From NCBI RefSeq assembly GCF_009914755.1, contig NC_060934.1: a stretch of DNA of 64,000 bases. The stretch is one strand, 5' to 3'. The notes beneath the pieces were generated by a model that saw only the letters and a program-made list of their open reading frames with translations, had not been told where the DNA came from and did no database searches. Below are positions 43,441-56,822 of this stretch, piece by piece; the first letter of the stretch is position 1, and each line of letters begins with the position of its first letter. The DNA comes from the human T2T-CHM13v2.0 reference genome, Homo sapiens. The translations under genes were made by a program, and so were the position numbers.

Positions 43441-46435
43441 AGGAACTTGTAAATGTCCCACAACACTTACCTTCTTTGTGGACTGCTATATTCTTCATTA
43501 GAAGACCTCCTTCTTTCAAAACTATACTTTTTTCTTACTCACTAAAACCTTAGCCAACTCAGAATTACCTCCATGCCCCTCCCAGGGGGTCTTCATTCTA
43601 GGTGCACGTTAAAAACTCTCAGGTGGTGGGTGGGAATCACTGAGCAGCTTCTCACTGGCTAGAGTACTCTGCCACATGACCAAGTAGACCATATGCAAGC
43701 AGAAGATCACCCTGGCAAGTCCATGGATGCAGAGATAGACCCCAGACTTCCATATTAAAAAGATGGGTGAAATGAATGCTATCACTTGGATGAAGTTTCT
43801 GCCATAGGATTTGCAGATTAACCTAAATTAAGTTCACTTTTGCATCTGGAATTACAAGAGACATGGTAGGGCAGGATCTTCAGAAGATGAACCAAGGAGC
43901 TTCCTGTGATTTGTGGGAGAATGGAAGAATCATCCTATTGTCCTACTGACAGAGAGTTAGGGTGCATATATTTGGTGACAGGAGAGTGGCCTACCGTTGG
44001 AAAGGAAGGACCATTCGAGCACAGTGGATCTTCTGTTTTGCAAACTGCCTACTAGACCTTCACCCATAGATGCATGGCAGAAAGTATAAAATACAGGAAT
44101 ACTATTTAAAGCATTGGGGGCATTGAAAACTCAAGACCCAAGAGCATTGGTACAAGCATTCAGGAATGGAAGACCTCACCAGACACAGCACTCCTGACAA
44201 TGGACACGACGAGCCTCACTGAAGGCATTAGGGAGCTGCTTCTGCAGCATCCGCAGTCAACAACAGCACCAGGAATGACAAGCAAATCCTGCAGCGACAG
44301 ATAATCATTATGCCACAGGGCAACCAAGAAGAATTGTGCTCAGAGCACCGTATGATCCATCATCTAGGAACTAACTTAACTTGTCTAGAGGAATTTAAAG
44401 AGGGGCAATGGCAGGGCAGGTGAAGGAGGAGCCGGAGAAAAACACTTACTTGTGATTCTTCTTGTTGTCCTCATTTTATCCCCAGAAAAGTGTGGCCTGA
44501 GAACAAAAAGGGATGCAGTTTCTTCTTCACTGTATTTGGCACTAACAATGAGACATAGATGAGCATAGTGTCAATCACAATAAACTCAAATCAAATTAAA
44601 AGCACCTTTGAGAGCTCTGATGATCTGGGACATTTTAACTAGTAAGTTCGCAGCATTATTATTTCAAAATCAATTTCATGAATGAGTGCCTATTTGCTAA
44701 CACTCTCACCTTGTCAAGGGAAAGAAAGATATGAATATATGATATGCCTTCAAAGTCCTTAAAACATGGTTCACATTGCTGCAGAAAAGACAGCACAGGA
44801 GAAAGGAGGTGTAGATGGAAAGGTTGAGATGGCTCTGGGAGAAAAGATGGTGCAATGCCGTGGAGATGAATAGACCAAATGCAGAGGAAGACCAGCCCAA
44901 ACCAAATCAGCAAGTCAGAAAATGTCTAAAAGCCATAGGACATGTTTCCAAGGTCTCTAACAAAGTAATTTGCCTTCCTAATAAGTACCCCAGTTATGAT
45001 TCTGGGAAAGTTGAATCTCAGAGGAAGTTGCTCAAGATCAAATAAGTTATTAAAAGAGCTATGAAAAAAATGCTGAAATTCTTGAATTCCATCTGGCCCC
45101 TTGCCCTCACAAAAACACTAAGTTTCTGATTCCATTTCAAGCCCCCTGAATTCAAAGTCTAAAAGCATGACAGGGCATGAAATAGCCCTCTCTCCTAAGT
45201 GAAAGGATTTCCTTTCCCCAGCACCAATGACTCCGGCTGTTTTCCGTATTTTCCCTATTATAAATTCTGTCACCATCTTTCACAGAAGCTCCACTTATGG
45301 GGTTAAATGTGGAACTGCTGGCTTAATATCTTCTGATTGAAAAGTGGGTATGTGTTTCTCACTTCGGGCTCACTGAGTTTGGACACAGCTCCCCATGAGG
45401 AAATGCAACTCCGTGTCTGATGCCTTTTACAGCTGTAAGAAGGCGTGGAACCCAGTAAGGACCCACAGGATTAAGGAGGAAGCAGGGGATGTCCCTTAAA
45501 GCATGTTGAGATGTTCCCAGCTGCATATGTCATGTGGGTGGAACGGGGAAGTTATTATACAGGAAAACATGGGCACGCTTGAAGCATTGCTCTACAGAGG
45601 AGCCAAAACTCTGGGGATTATGTTGGGATTCAAGACCTCTACACCAACCTATCAGAACATAAGTCCATGAGAAGAAATGCAGAGAAAGAATGTGTTGACA
45701 AATTAACCATTATGTTCATTGTTCTTTACACTTAAAAAATAAAATAAAATAAAGTTCTTACTATATCTTATCTTCATCAGCCTAGAAGCTTTGTGTCACT
45801 TTTGAGTTTCTGTGGTTAATACTATTAAAACAAAGGCAGATGAAAAAAAAAGTAACTATAAATACCACCCTTTCCAAGGCCGTCATAGTCTCTTTTGTTA
45901 AGATTCTCTCCCACGTATTTTGAGAAGAATACAGTAGCCATGTCTGGGGATATGATGTTGCTTGTTTAATGGTAGGTGTGAAATTAGGAAAAATGTTAAG
46001 TGTCCTCGCCCAGAGATGATGTTGTAGTGATGCACGGGCATTGTCATAAAATGGCTTCCTGTCCCACAGAAAATGTTTTCCACTTGGTCTCAAAGTTCAA
46101 GTTATTCTTCCCCAGAAAAGAAAAATTAAAACCACTGCTCCCATCACTGCTAAGTTGGTGAATCAATGATGCCTTTGAGCAAGAGAGCCAGAAAAACAGA
46201 GAAGAACTGCAATACTATCAAATCAAGGATGCTATTGCCAAGGTGAGAAATCATAGCTGTGGGTGTTTTTGCAGAATGCTGAATGGAGAATAAACCGCCT
46301 GGAAAGCAACTGATAAAAATTCTGTATTTATGGTGAACTTCCAGGGGTTTTTTTGAGGGGGAGGGGCGGAAGGGTCATAAGTACAAACTAAGGCTTCTGA
46401 ATTTTTTTAACAGTTTAAAAGAATAGTTATTTTTA

Positions 46436-46652
46436 TGAGAACACATGGACACAGGAAGGGGAACATCACACACCGGGGACTGTTGTGGGGTGGGGGGAGG
46501 GGGGAGGGATAGCATTAGGAGATATACCTAATGCTAAATGACGAGTTAATGGGTGCAGCACACCAACATGGCACATGCATACATATGTAACAAACCTGCA
46601 CGTTGTGCACATGTACCCTAAAACTTAAAGTATGATAATAATAAAATTTAAA
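46436..46652 (+). mobile_element. Short 5'-truncated young L1PA (about L1PA3) 3' end
   Basis: gagaacacatggacacaggaagggg...atgctaaatgacgagttaatgggtgcagcacaccaacatgg...taaaacttaaag; 19-bp TSD aaaagaatagttattttta (46417-46435, 46653-46671) at a TT|AAAA site. Confidence 0.96.
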
Positions 46653-48849
46653 AAAAGAATAGTTATTTTTAATCTCTAGGTATATATATATCAGTCAGTT
46701 TCAACAGAGAGTAACATAAGAGGAGTCTGGAGCAGGACTCTCCAAAGAGAATCAGAACATGAATCACATAAGATGAAATAGGAGAATTCCCCAACCCCAC
46801 TGGGTTGAGGACATCATCAATTTTTATTGAGGACAGATCAAAAGTTTAGAAGTTCATATTTGAACGTTATTATGTATTATGTCTGGTTCATGCATAATCG
46901 TGTTCCAGTTAACTATATCATGAACTATTATTTCATTTCCAAGTTTAATTCTGTTTCAAATAAATTTACTGGAAACCTTTTATGGACCACGGTGTATGCT
47001 AGATAGGCCCTGAAGATATGAAAAGTATGAGTTCAATCATCCTCAAAATCCTTTTATCTTTTTACAATTCCCAAATCCCCTTCCAGATATTACCTAACAA
47101 GCCAGGTAGAGCTCAAAAGATTAGTCACAATTTCAGCGGTCAGCATCCCAGCTTGAGAATTCTTCCTTCAGCTATGGGCAGTGAATATTAAAAACTGTTT
47201 CTCTAATTGGATGTTTCCATAAAATGCTTTTCTGATTGTTTTTAGAAACTATTTGGTAACCATATAATCCACTAAAATGGAATTTTCAAAGTTCAAAGGA
47301 ACTCTCGAAACCAGACACCTAAAGTACATTTCGGACCCTCTAAAATTTTAAGGTGGATATTTTTGAATTATGCTCATTAAAACACTGCTCTACTGAAAAC
47401 GAATCAGCCGTGGGTGAACTGTTAAGTGATCTAATGACCTGGAAATCTGGGGATTTCTAACACCTTGCTTTCATCTCTGGGCAAAACTATGAGCTTTCAT
47501 TAAAATTAAAATCAAACTTAAATAGCTTGGACACTTTCAAGCTGTGAACATCAACCATATGTGCAAACCTGGGCAAGTTCTGTCTCTGTGGGGTTTTGTG
47601 AGTGGGAGGAGGAAATGGATGATCAGATGACTACACAGATGTTCAAAAAGATCCTGGGACGGCAAGACAACTTGCATCCATTTCAGCTTCCTTAGAGGCA
47701 AACAGAAAGGACAAACAAAAGCCTGGAGGTAAAGCAAAGAAAGCAAATTACAGGCCTGTGGCCAAAGCAGCTTAAAGGCACAAGATTCCATTAATTGCAA
47801 ACACATTTTCTTAGGAACAAAACACTCACTGATAAAGGAAGCAAAATTGTGGTGTTGGAACCCAGCAAATTTGTAATCACAACAATGGTGCTTCAAATTA
47901 AAAAAGCATTGGAACTTGAGGCAGTTTCTCAAATCTATGCATTATAGCTGATATAAAAACAAAAGACTAAGATTTAATCTACATGAATTAGAAGGAATGT
48001 TTCCTCCGTCTTTGATCTCCAAAGAAATATGGGTAATGCTTTTTTCTGCTTTCAACCGCTCGCAAATGCCTTTGTAGAAATTGATCTATGTAAAAAAGCT
48101 GAGGAAGGGTGCATGGAAACCCAAGAAAATGGGGAGAAGAAAATAAAAAAAAGTCTCAAAAAATCTTTTCTATATGTTACTCTGGAAGGGATCTTGTTCA
48201 CTGAGTTTTCTTACTCTGGGCATCAAATCACTGCATAAGGCTTTTAGATTTTACAACGAGCCCCGTTGGATGGAAACCTAGTTGCCAATGACATGTAACA
48301 TCATTAAACAGCTCCGCCTGTACCAACTGGTTAGGACCATTTCACACTTGTCTTCTTGGGATGCACATTTATCATTTATCAAAATCAATCAACTTCTAGC
48401 TTTTATGAATTACATGGCGAGAGATACTAATAGATAGGAAGTGTTGCTTCTTATTTATATAAGTTGACCTCATACTGGCATCAGGCAGTGATGAGGATTA
48501 GGTGAAAAAGACATATTTTACCAAACCATTTGGTTGCCTACTTTACACAAGACATCTGTTCTAGGAGCTCCCTTCACTTGGCCTAACACCTCTCATTGCT
48601 TTAATTCAAGAATCTAGTTCCAAAAATATTTTTGCCGAAATAAATGCTGGCAGGTTCGGTTGGCAACTAAGAAATGCAGGCCTAAATTAATTAGCTTCTC
48701 CTGTTTCCCTGTTTCCCCCAGGGGGTTTGTCAACTAGGTACCTATTTCTCATTTTCCTAAATAAGTTGTTATAGAGACTTCATTAAGTTAGCGATTCTCT
48801 GCTGTTTTTAATCGACCTAAGCATATTTCACATTAAAAACAAATAAATA

Positions 48850-49270
48850 AAATGAAAACTCATGTTCACACAAAAACCTACACAGGCATATTTATAGTGG
48901 TTTTATTCATAATTACCAAAAACTAGGACTGTCACAAGTGTCCTTCACCTGCGGAGTGGGTGAACAAACCTCTGCCTTCATATGATGAAACACTATTCAG
49001 CAATGACCTTGTTAACACTACAGAAGCCAGCAAAAACATGGATTAGCCTCAAATGCATTAGCCTAAGTGAAAGAAGCCAGACTCAAGAGGCTACATGATT
49101 CAATTTATGCGACATTCTGAAAAACGCAAAATTATAGGAACAGAAAACAATTCGGTGATTGTCAGAAGCTAGGGAATGGGTTGACTACAAGGTAGCGTGA
49201 GGGGTTACTAGAACTGCTCTCTATTGATTGTGTTGAATATACACTGGGGTGCTTTTGTCAAATGGTGACA
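48850..49270 (+). mobile_element. Old L1M (L1MD/ME-type) fragment
   Basis: aatgaaaactcatgttcacacaaaaacc...ctaagtgaaagaagccagactcaagaggctaca...gacattctgaaaaacgcaaaattataggaacagaaaaca. Confidence 0.8.
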
Positions 49271-49469
49271 TATATGTATATACATGTAATACTTTTAAAA
49301 CATATGTATATTTATGTATAATACCTTTATAAGGTATATATCTAATACCTTTAAAAATGAAAAAATCAATAACTGGACTCCTTTTGAAATGAAAAAAAAA
49401 AATGAGAAATACAATATAAGGGTTAGGACACACGAGAAGTGAAGAGAAATATGATTCGTTCCACATCTA

Positions 49470-49800
49470 ACTTACCTGCGGTTGACTGCATCCAAGTCTC
49501 AAGGATGTTACTAATGTTGAAAGAAAAACGCCAGCCAAGTTATATGTAAGAGCGTTTAACTGAGCGAAGAATGACTCGCGAATCGGGGAGCCTCCTGAGC
49601 CAGAGTAGGCTCAGGGACTCCAGGGCAGCCTCGTGGTGGAAGAGGATATATGGACAGAAAAAAGGAAAGTGACATACAGAAAATGGAAGTGAGGGACAGA
49701 AACAGCCAGATTGGTTTTGGCTCGGTGTTTGGCTTATTTGAACATGGTTTGAACAGTTGGACCACATTTGACTGGCCAAAACTCAGTGATTGGCACAAGA
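49470..49800 (-). promoter_or_regulatory. Candidate LTR promoter, first exon and 5' splice donor
   Basis: Minus strand: CCAAT at 49789-49793 and 49710-49714, GGAAGT (ETS core) 49685-49690, TATA-like CATATAT near 49650, CpG cluster 49433-49633, CAG|GTAAGT at 49478-49470. Confidence 0.45.
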
Positions 49801-49918
49801 GTAGATTACTGTCCGTTGACATTTCCAGTTAGGCTATAGTTTACAATGTAACACAGAAACCTGTAGGCCAAATTTAAAATATTTAAGGAGGCAGCTATAG
49901 GCTAAACCTGATTCAACA
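49515..49918 (-). mobile_element. MER57 (ERV1) solo LTR
   Basis: Minus strand starts TGTTGAATCAGGTTTAGCCTATAGCTGCCTCCTTAAATATTTTAAATTTGGCCTACAGGTTTCT (recalled MER57 start) and ends TTTCAACA; 4-bp TSD ctaa (49511-49514, 49919-49922). Confidence 0.9.
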
Positions 49919-50117
49919 CTAATGAGATCAAGAGGTTATAAGAAAAAATTAGGAAAAAATAGAAAAATAAAGCAAATATAATTTCTGCCTCTCTCAGTGT
50001 TTGCTCACCATCACAGGCTGCTTACAGCTTGTCTTCTTCAGACAGGGCTTGCACGTGGAGCTGCACTTATGAATGGGCTATGCTCCAAGGACAGTTGTAA
50101 ATGGGAAGGTTTGTTAT

Positions 50118-50449
50118 TGTCTTAGTCCGTTGGGGCTGCTGTAATAAAGTACTTTAGACCAGGTAATGTATAAACAACAGAAATCTACCGCTCACAGTTC
50201 TGGAGGCTGTGATCGAAATGCCGACAGATTTGGTGCCTGGTGAGGGCTTAATCTCTGCTTCAAAGATGGAAACTTCTTGTTGCATGCTCACGTGGCAGAG
50301 AGGTGAACAAGCTCCCTCAGGCCTTTTTGTTATAAGGTCACCCATCCCATTCTAATCACCTCCAAAAAGCCTCATTTCTCAATACTATTTGCTTTGGGGT
50401 TAGCTTTTAATATTGAATTTTGGGAGAGAGCATTATTCAGACCACGGCG
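50118..50449 (-). mobile_element. MaLR solo LTR (MSTC/MSTD/MLT1A-type)
   Basis: tgtcttagtccgttggggctgctgtaataaagtac...aaacaacagaaatc...ctcacagttctggaggctg...gaattttggga...attcagaccacggcg. Confidence 0.85.
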
Positions 50450-51077
50450 GGTAACGTAAAAAAAGGTTACAACTGTCAGGTGGATTTATAGGCAGACCTT
50501 CAAAACCTGCCTATCCACAGTGCCTGTCAATAACGGAATCCTTGGTTCTAGCATGAGAATGTAAACTAGCGGCCATGAGGTGTGCACAGAAGGAAGCCAG
50601 TGGATCAGGATTCACTCACCCTTTCCTCATGGCAAGGCCCGTCCTAGGCAAGCTTTAGAAGCAGATGACTTGAGTCTTTGGCCTGTACCCTTTGCATAAT
50701 TATCTTCCCAATCTCCTTCACCTAGCCATTGTCGTAGGTGACCATTGCCTTCAAGAGACCTCCATCCTTAACAGATGGTAATACGGAGGTATGCAGCCCT
50801 CCCCATCAATGTTGCCAGCTAAGTTTTAGGACAGAAATGTCTTAAATGAAATTGCTTCTCATTAAAATATAAAGAACAAAAAGAGTCTTTTGATTCTTCC
50901 AGGGGTATTCATAATTCAAAACAAATGTATTGCTGGGTCAGAAGGAAAATGTAATTTATCTAGTTTAACATAGGTTCTTTTAAATAAATAAACTTGAACC
51001 AAAGGTAAAGTTTTCTGCCTTGTCTATTACTGTATATTGCTACTTAAAAAATAAATAAGAATTAATTAATTAAAATT

Positions 51078-51450
<373 letters not shown>

Positions 51451-51668
51451 CTAACAGAACAACAATATTTCTAACAAAACCCATACAAAGCCACGAGGCA
51501 GCTGCAAACTGACCAACAATTTTTTCTTTTAAACTATCAGTGCATTCTTACAATTAATATTCCCAGAGCCCCCTTTTTCCTCCCATCCTCTGGACAAAGC
51601 TCACTGAGACATCTATTTGTTGAACTGATGGCAAACAACCCAGAACTGACCTCAGCTCCCTGCACCCC

Positions 51669-53129
51669 TGAGTTCATTTCAGGGGGCTGCTGTGAGCAAA
51701 TACCAAAACTGGGTGTCTTAAAACAACAGAAATGTAATTCTCCTTGAAGAGGTCCTTCACTTCCCTTGTAAATTGGATTCCTAGGTATTTTATTCTCTTT
51801 GAAGTAATTGTGAATGGGAGTTCACTCATGAGTTGGCTCTCTGTTTGTCTGTTATTGGTGTATAGGAATACCAACAGGCACATGTAAAAATGCTCATCAT
51901 CACTGGTGATCAGAGAAATGCAAATCAAAACCACAATGAGACACCATCTTACGCCAGTTAGAATGGCGATCATTAAAAAGTCAGGAAACAACAGGTGCTG
52001 GAGAGGATGTGGAGAAGTAGGAACACTTTTACACTGTTGGTGGGACTGTAAACTAGTTCAACCATTGTGGAAGACAGTGTGGCGATTCCTCAAGGATCTA
52101 GAACTACAAATACCAGTTGAGCCAGCCACCACTTACTGGGTATATACCCAGAGGATTATAAATCATGCTGCCATAAAGACACCTAGACACGTAAGTTTAT
52201 TGCGGCACTATTCACAATAGCAAAGACTTGGAACCAACCCAAATGCCCATCAATGGTAGACTGGATTAAGAAAATGTGGCACATATACACCATGGAATAC
52301 TATGCAGCCATAAAAAATGATGAGTTCATGTCCTTTGTAGGGACATGGATGAAGCTGGAAACCATCATTCTGAGCAAACTATTGCAAGGACAGAAAACCA
52401 AACACCACATGTTCTCACTCATAGGTGGGAATTGAACAATGAGAACACTTGGACACAGGATGGGGAACATCACACACTGGGGCCTGTCGTGGGGTGGGGG
52501 GAAGGGGGAGGGATAGTATTAGGAGATATACTTAATGTAAATAACGAATTAATGTGTACAGCACACCAACATGGCACATGTATACATATGTAACAAACCT
52601 GCACATTGTGCACATGTACCCTAGAACTTAAAGTACAATTTAATAAATAAATAAATAAATAAATAAATAAAAACAGAAATGTACTGTCTCGTAGTTCTGG
52701 AGGCTGGAAGCCTAAAATCCAGGTGTCAGCAGGGCCCTGCTCCCTCAGATAGCTCTAGGGAAAACTCCGTCCTTAGCTCTCTGGCTTCCAGTGTTTGTGG
52801 GCAATCCTTGACATTCCTTGGCCTGGAGATGCTTCATTCCAGTCACTTGGCTGTCTTCTCCTTGTGTGTCCTCACTTCATCGTCCTTCTGTGTATATCTG
52901 TCTCTATGTCCAAAGTTACTCCTTTTATACAGACACCAGTCATATTGGATTAGCGTCTACGCTAAAGACCTAATTTTGACTTGATTACCTCTACAAAGAC
53001 CCGATAAGGTCAAATTCTGCAAATAAGGTTACATTCTGAGGTGCTGGGGATAAGGATTTCAAAACATCTTTGTGTGTGTGTGTGTGTGGAGGCGGGGGGG
53101 CAGGAGGTGCCATAATTCAACCCATGACA
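51669..53129 (-). mobile_element. MLT1C-type MaLR LTR split by an L1 insertion
   Basis: Left part 51669-51736 (ggctgctgtgagcaaataccaaaactgggtgtcttaaaacaacagaaatgta), right part 52684-53129 (...cataattcaacccatgaca); 5-bp TSD acccc (51664-51668, 53130-53134). Confidence 0.88.
51737..52671 (+). mobile_element. L1PA (about L1PA4/5) with 5' inversion (twin priming)
   Basis: 51738-51869 is antisense ORF2; 51870-52671 is sense ORF2 C-terminus ([36 protein letters not shown]), 3' UTR and (TAAA)n tail; TSD aacagaaatgta (51725-51736, 52672-52683). Confidence 0.95.
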
Positions 53130-53332
53130 ACCCCTTCTCAGAATCATTCAGCATAAGCCCAACATCTAGAGTAGGTGGCTCCCACCTTCTTCTACTGGGT
53201 GTTCCTCACTTGCTCTGTGCACTCTTCCATGCAGCAGCAAGATGAAGAATCTCAACTCTAACTTCAGATGTGTTTCCAGTGGACTTTGACAGCTGGGCTC
53301 CAAAAGCTCTAATGTCGTTTTAGAGGTTCTAA

Positions 53333-53985
<653 letters not shown>

Positions 53986-54670
53986 AAAAATGATGGTTGA
54001 TAGTGATGTCAGTTACTAGATTAAAATTATTGGGAGACTATCAGAAATACTAATTTCTGCAGCTTTCCAGGATTCATAAAATTTCACAACGATAGTGCTA
54101 GACTGGTCCTTGGAGATCCTGAACTAACCTTCTCCTGTGTTGGAGGAAAAAAACTGAGCACCTGATGGAGTGGCTGTCTTGCCAAAGGTCACATGAGACC
54201 AGGTTGAAGCTCCTGTGGTTCTCATAATGTCAATAGCACCCAAAATTGAAGACCTTTACTGAACTCTTAAATTAGACACAACCTTGCATAGGCCATCTTT
54301 CCTGAAAATAAGTCACAGGCTAAAGAATTGTTTCTTATCTGCTTCCAGTTCTCTATCAATTTCCTTCAAATGTCAGTGCTAAATTCTCTGTAGGAGGACT
54401 TAATCATATTGAAGACAGAAACAGAAAATGTGGTGACAATCCTGCTCATATTAAGCATAATAAAGTCGTTATTAGAAGCGAATGAAATTGAAATACCACT
54501 TATTTTTATTCCCCCACCTGACCAAGTAAATGAATGAAATTAGATTTTATAATTAACTTTATAAATCCTAGATCACAAAGTTTTTCTAGTTTTCTAAATT
54601 TAAACACAACCCAAAAAGAAACGGCAGAAATGAATATTCTTAAAGAGGGAAAATTAAAGTTATAAAATAC

Positions 54671-54989
54671 AGCCAGGTGCAGTGGCTCATGCCTTTAATC
54701 CCAGCACTTTGGGAGGCCAAGGTGGATGGATCACTTAAGGTAAGGAGTCTGAGACCAGCCTGGCCAACATGGGTGAAACCCCATCTCTACTAAAAAAAAA
54801 AAAAAAAAAAAAAAAAAGGAAAACTTAGCCAGGCACAGTGGTGCATGCCTGTAATCCCAGCTACTCAGGAGGCTGAGGCAGGAGACTCGCTTGAACTTGG
54901 GAGGTGGAGGTTGGTGAGAGCCGAGATCATGCCACTGCACTCCAGCCTGGATGACAGAGCAAGAGTCTGTCAAAAAAAAAAAAAAAAAA
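54671..54989 (+). mobile_element. Alu, AluS-type, with expanded A26 middle linker
   Basis: Full dimer; A run 54792-54817; imperfect TSD aaagttata(a/t)aata. Confidence 0.96.
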
Positions 54990-55319
54990 GTTATATAATA
55001 TGTCTGTCTCTTTGAATGTTATAAACTCTCTTTACTGAAAATAATCTTTTATAAATTGTAATATAATTCTTAGTGTTTTCCCCCATTCCTGGCCTGAGGA
55101 AGTCAGAATTGAGCCCAGCACTAAATTTGATGTGAAGACTTAGCAATGAAGCCTTGGGTTGCTGCTATGTTTTTTTGGTACCTTCCTTCTTTTCTCCCTC
55201 CTCCCTCCTTTCTGATCACCTTCCTCTCAGTGACCTTGAATCTCATATTCTTTTATTTATCCTCATGTTTTTGAGACCCTATTTAAGGACTAGGTGTTGG
55301 GAAAGTAAAAATGGAAGGC

Positions 55320-55683
55320 TGTTACGGGATGAACTGTGTCTTCTCCAAATTCATATGTTGAAGTTCTAACTCCCAGAACCCCAGAATGTGATGGTATTTG
55401 GAAATAGAATCTTCTTTAAAGAGGTAAATAAATTAAAATGGGGTCATTAGGGTGAGCCCTAATCCTGTATGACAGAAGCGATTAGGACACAGGCATGTAC
55501 AGATAGGAGGCATGACACAGCAAAAGTGAGGCCACCTGCCAGCCAGGAAGAGAGGCCTCAGAAGAAACCAAACCAGCAACAACTTGCTCGTGGACTCCCA
55601 GCCTCCAGAACTGAGAGAAAACAAATGCCTGACTTTAAACCACCTGTGGTATTTTGTGATGGCAGCCCCAGCAGACTAATGCA
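55320..55683 (+). mobile_element. MLT1B-type MaLR solo LTR
   Basis: tgttacgggatgaactgtgtcttctccaaattcatatgttgaagttctaactccc...ggcagccccagcagactaatgca; TSD aaggc/aaagc. Confidence 0.88.
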
Positions 55684-56205
55684 AAAGCACAATATCTATA
55701 TTGAGGGCCTCACTATTTAGAGGGAATGATAGGTAGGAAACAGAAAATTACAGAGTGGCAATTGCCCTGACATATATAAGCATGAGAGAAAAAGCCACTG
55801 CCCAGATTAATGGTGGGAGATATCAGAGAAGGCTTCCTGGAGAAGAAGGAGCAACCAGGCATCCCAGACTAAAAGAACAGCACATCCCTTTGTCATGTTT
55901 AATCCAAAGACAGAGTTAAAACACACAGGGTCTGTGAGAGAGCTCAAAAAGTGAGTTACAGCTGAAGTGTGAGTACAGGGTGGAAGAAAAAGTAAGAGAA
56001 CAGATTGGAGAAGCAGGAAAGTCAGTAGAAAGGGCTAGATCAGAAGAGGCCTTATATGCCCTGCTGAGACTTATGGCCTTGCTCCAGAGGACAAAGGTCA
56101 ACCACAGAGGAATTAAGCAGGAGAGAGAGATGGTCAAAAGATCACTACAGAAAAAAGTGTGGAGAATGCATGGAGTGTGGTGAGCCTGAAGACAAAATGA
56201 CCTGC

Positions 56206-56567
56206 TGATATGGTTTGCCTGTGTCCCCACCCAAATCTCATCTTGAATTGTAGCTCCCATAATCCCCATGTGTCATGGGAGGGAACTGGTGGAAGGTAAT
56301 TGAATCATGGAGGCAGGATTTCCTGTACTGTTCTGGTGATAGTGAATAAGCCTCACGAGATCTGACAGTTTTATAAAGGGCAGTTCCCCTGCACACGCTC
56401 TCTTGCCTGCCGCCATGTAGATGTGCATTTGCTCCTCCTTCACCTTCCGCCATGACTGTGAGGCCTCCCCAGCCATGTGGCACAGTGAGTCCATTAAGCC
56501 TCTTTTTCTTTATAAATTACCCAGTCTTGGATATTTCTTCATAGTAGTATGGAAATGGACTAATACA
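56206..56567 (+). mobile_element. THE1 (THE1C-like) MaLR solo LTR
   Basis: tgatatggtttgcctgtgtccccacccaaatctcatcttgaattgtagctccc...ggaaatggactaataca; TSD cctgc/cctgt. Confidence 0.93.
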
Positions 56568-56822
56568 CCTGTTAAGGGCTATTAAACCAATCTAGCAGGG
56601 GTTCTGAAGGCAGTGGCACCAGAGATGGAGAAGAATTGCTACCCAACTGGAAGTTGTAAATGAGGAAGAAGGAGTTGCCTATGATGGTCTCCAGGTTTAT
56701 AGTTTGCGAAACTGGACACCACTGACTGAGAGTGGGGATCGTTTTTGAGGAATGTGGTGAGATCAGCTGAGGCATAGACAAGCTGATTAAGCTTACTGTT
56801 GGAGAAATAGATTTCAAGCTCA

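Larger units (their letters stand above)
55250..56815 (-). mobile_element. L2 fragment interrupted by MLT1B and THE1 LTRs
   Basis: atcagagaaggcttcctggagaag, agggctagatcagaagaggcctta, aagcaggagagagagatggtca, gatggtctccaggtttatagtttg are L2 rc motifs. Confidence 0.6.

Noticed and set aside
43860-44400. Possible processed pseudogene or coding-like segment
   Set aside because: The plus-strand frames I translated close quickly, no ORF appears in the track and no protein similarity was recognised.
45422-45444. ttacagctgtaa palindrome, and similar short stems near 37928 and 50488
   Set aside because: Stems of 6-9 bp are expected by chance in 64 kb.
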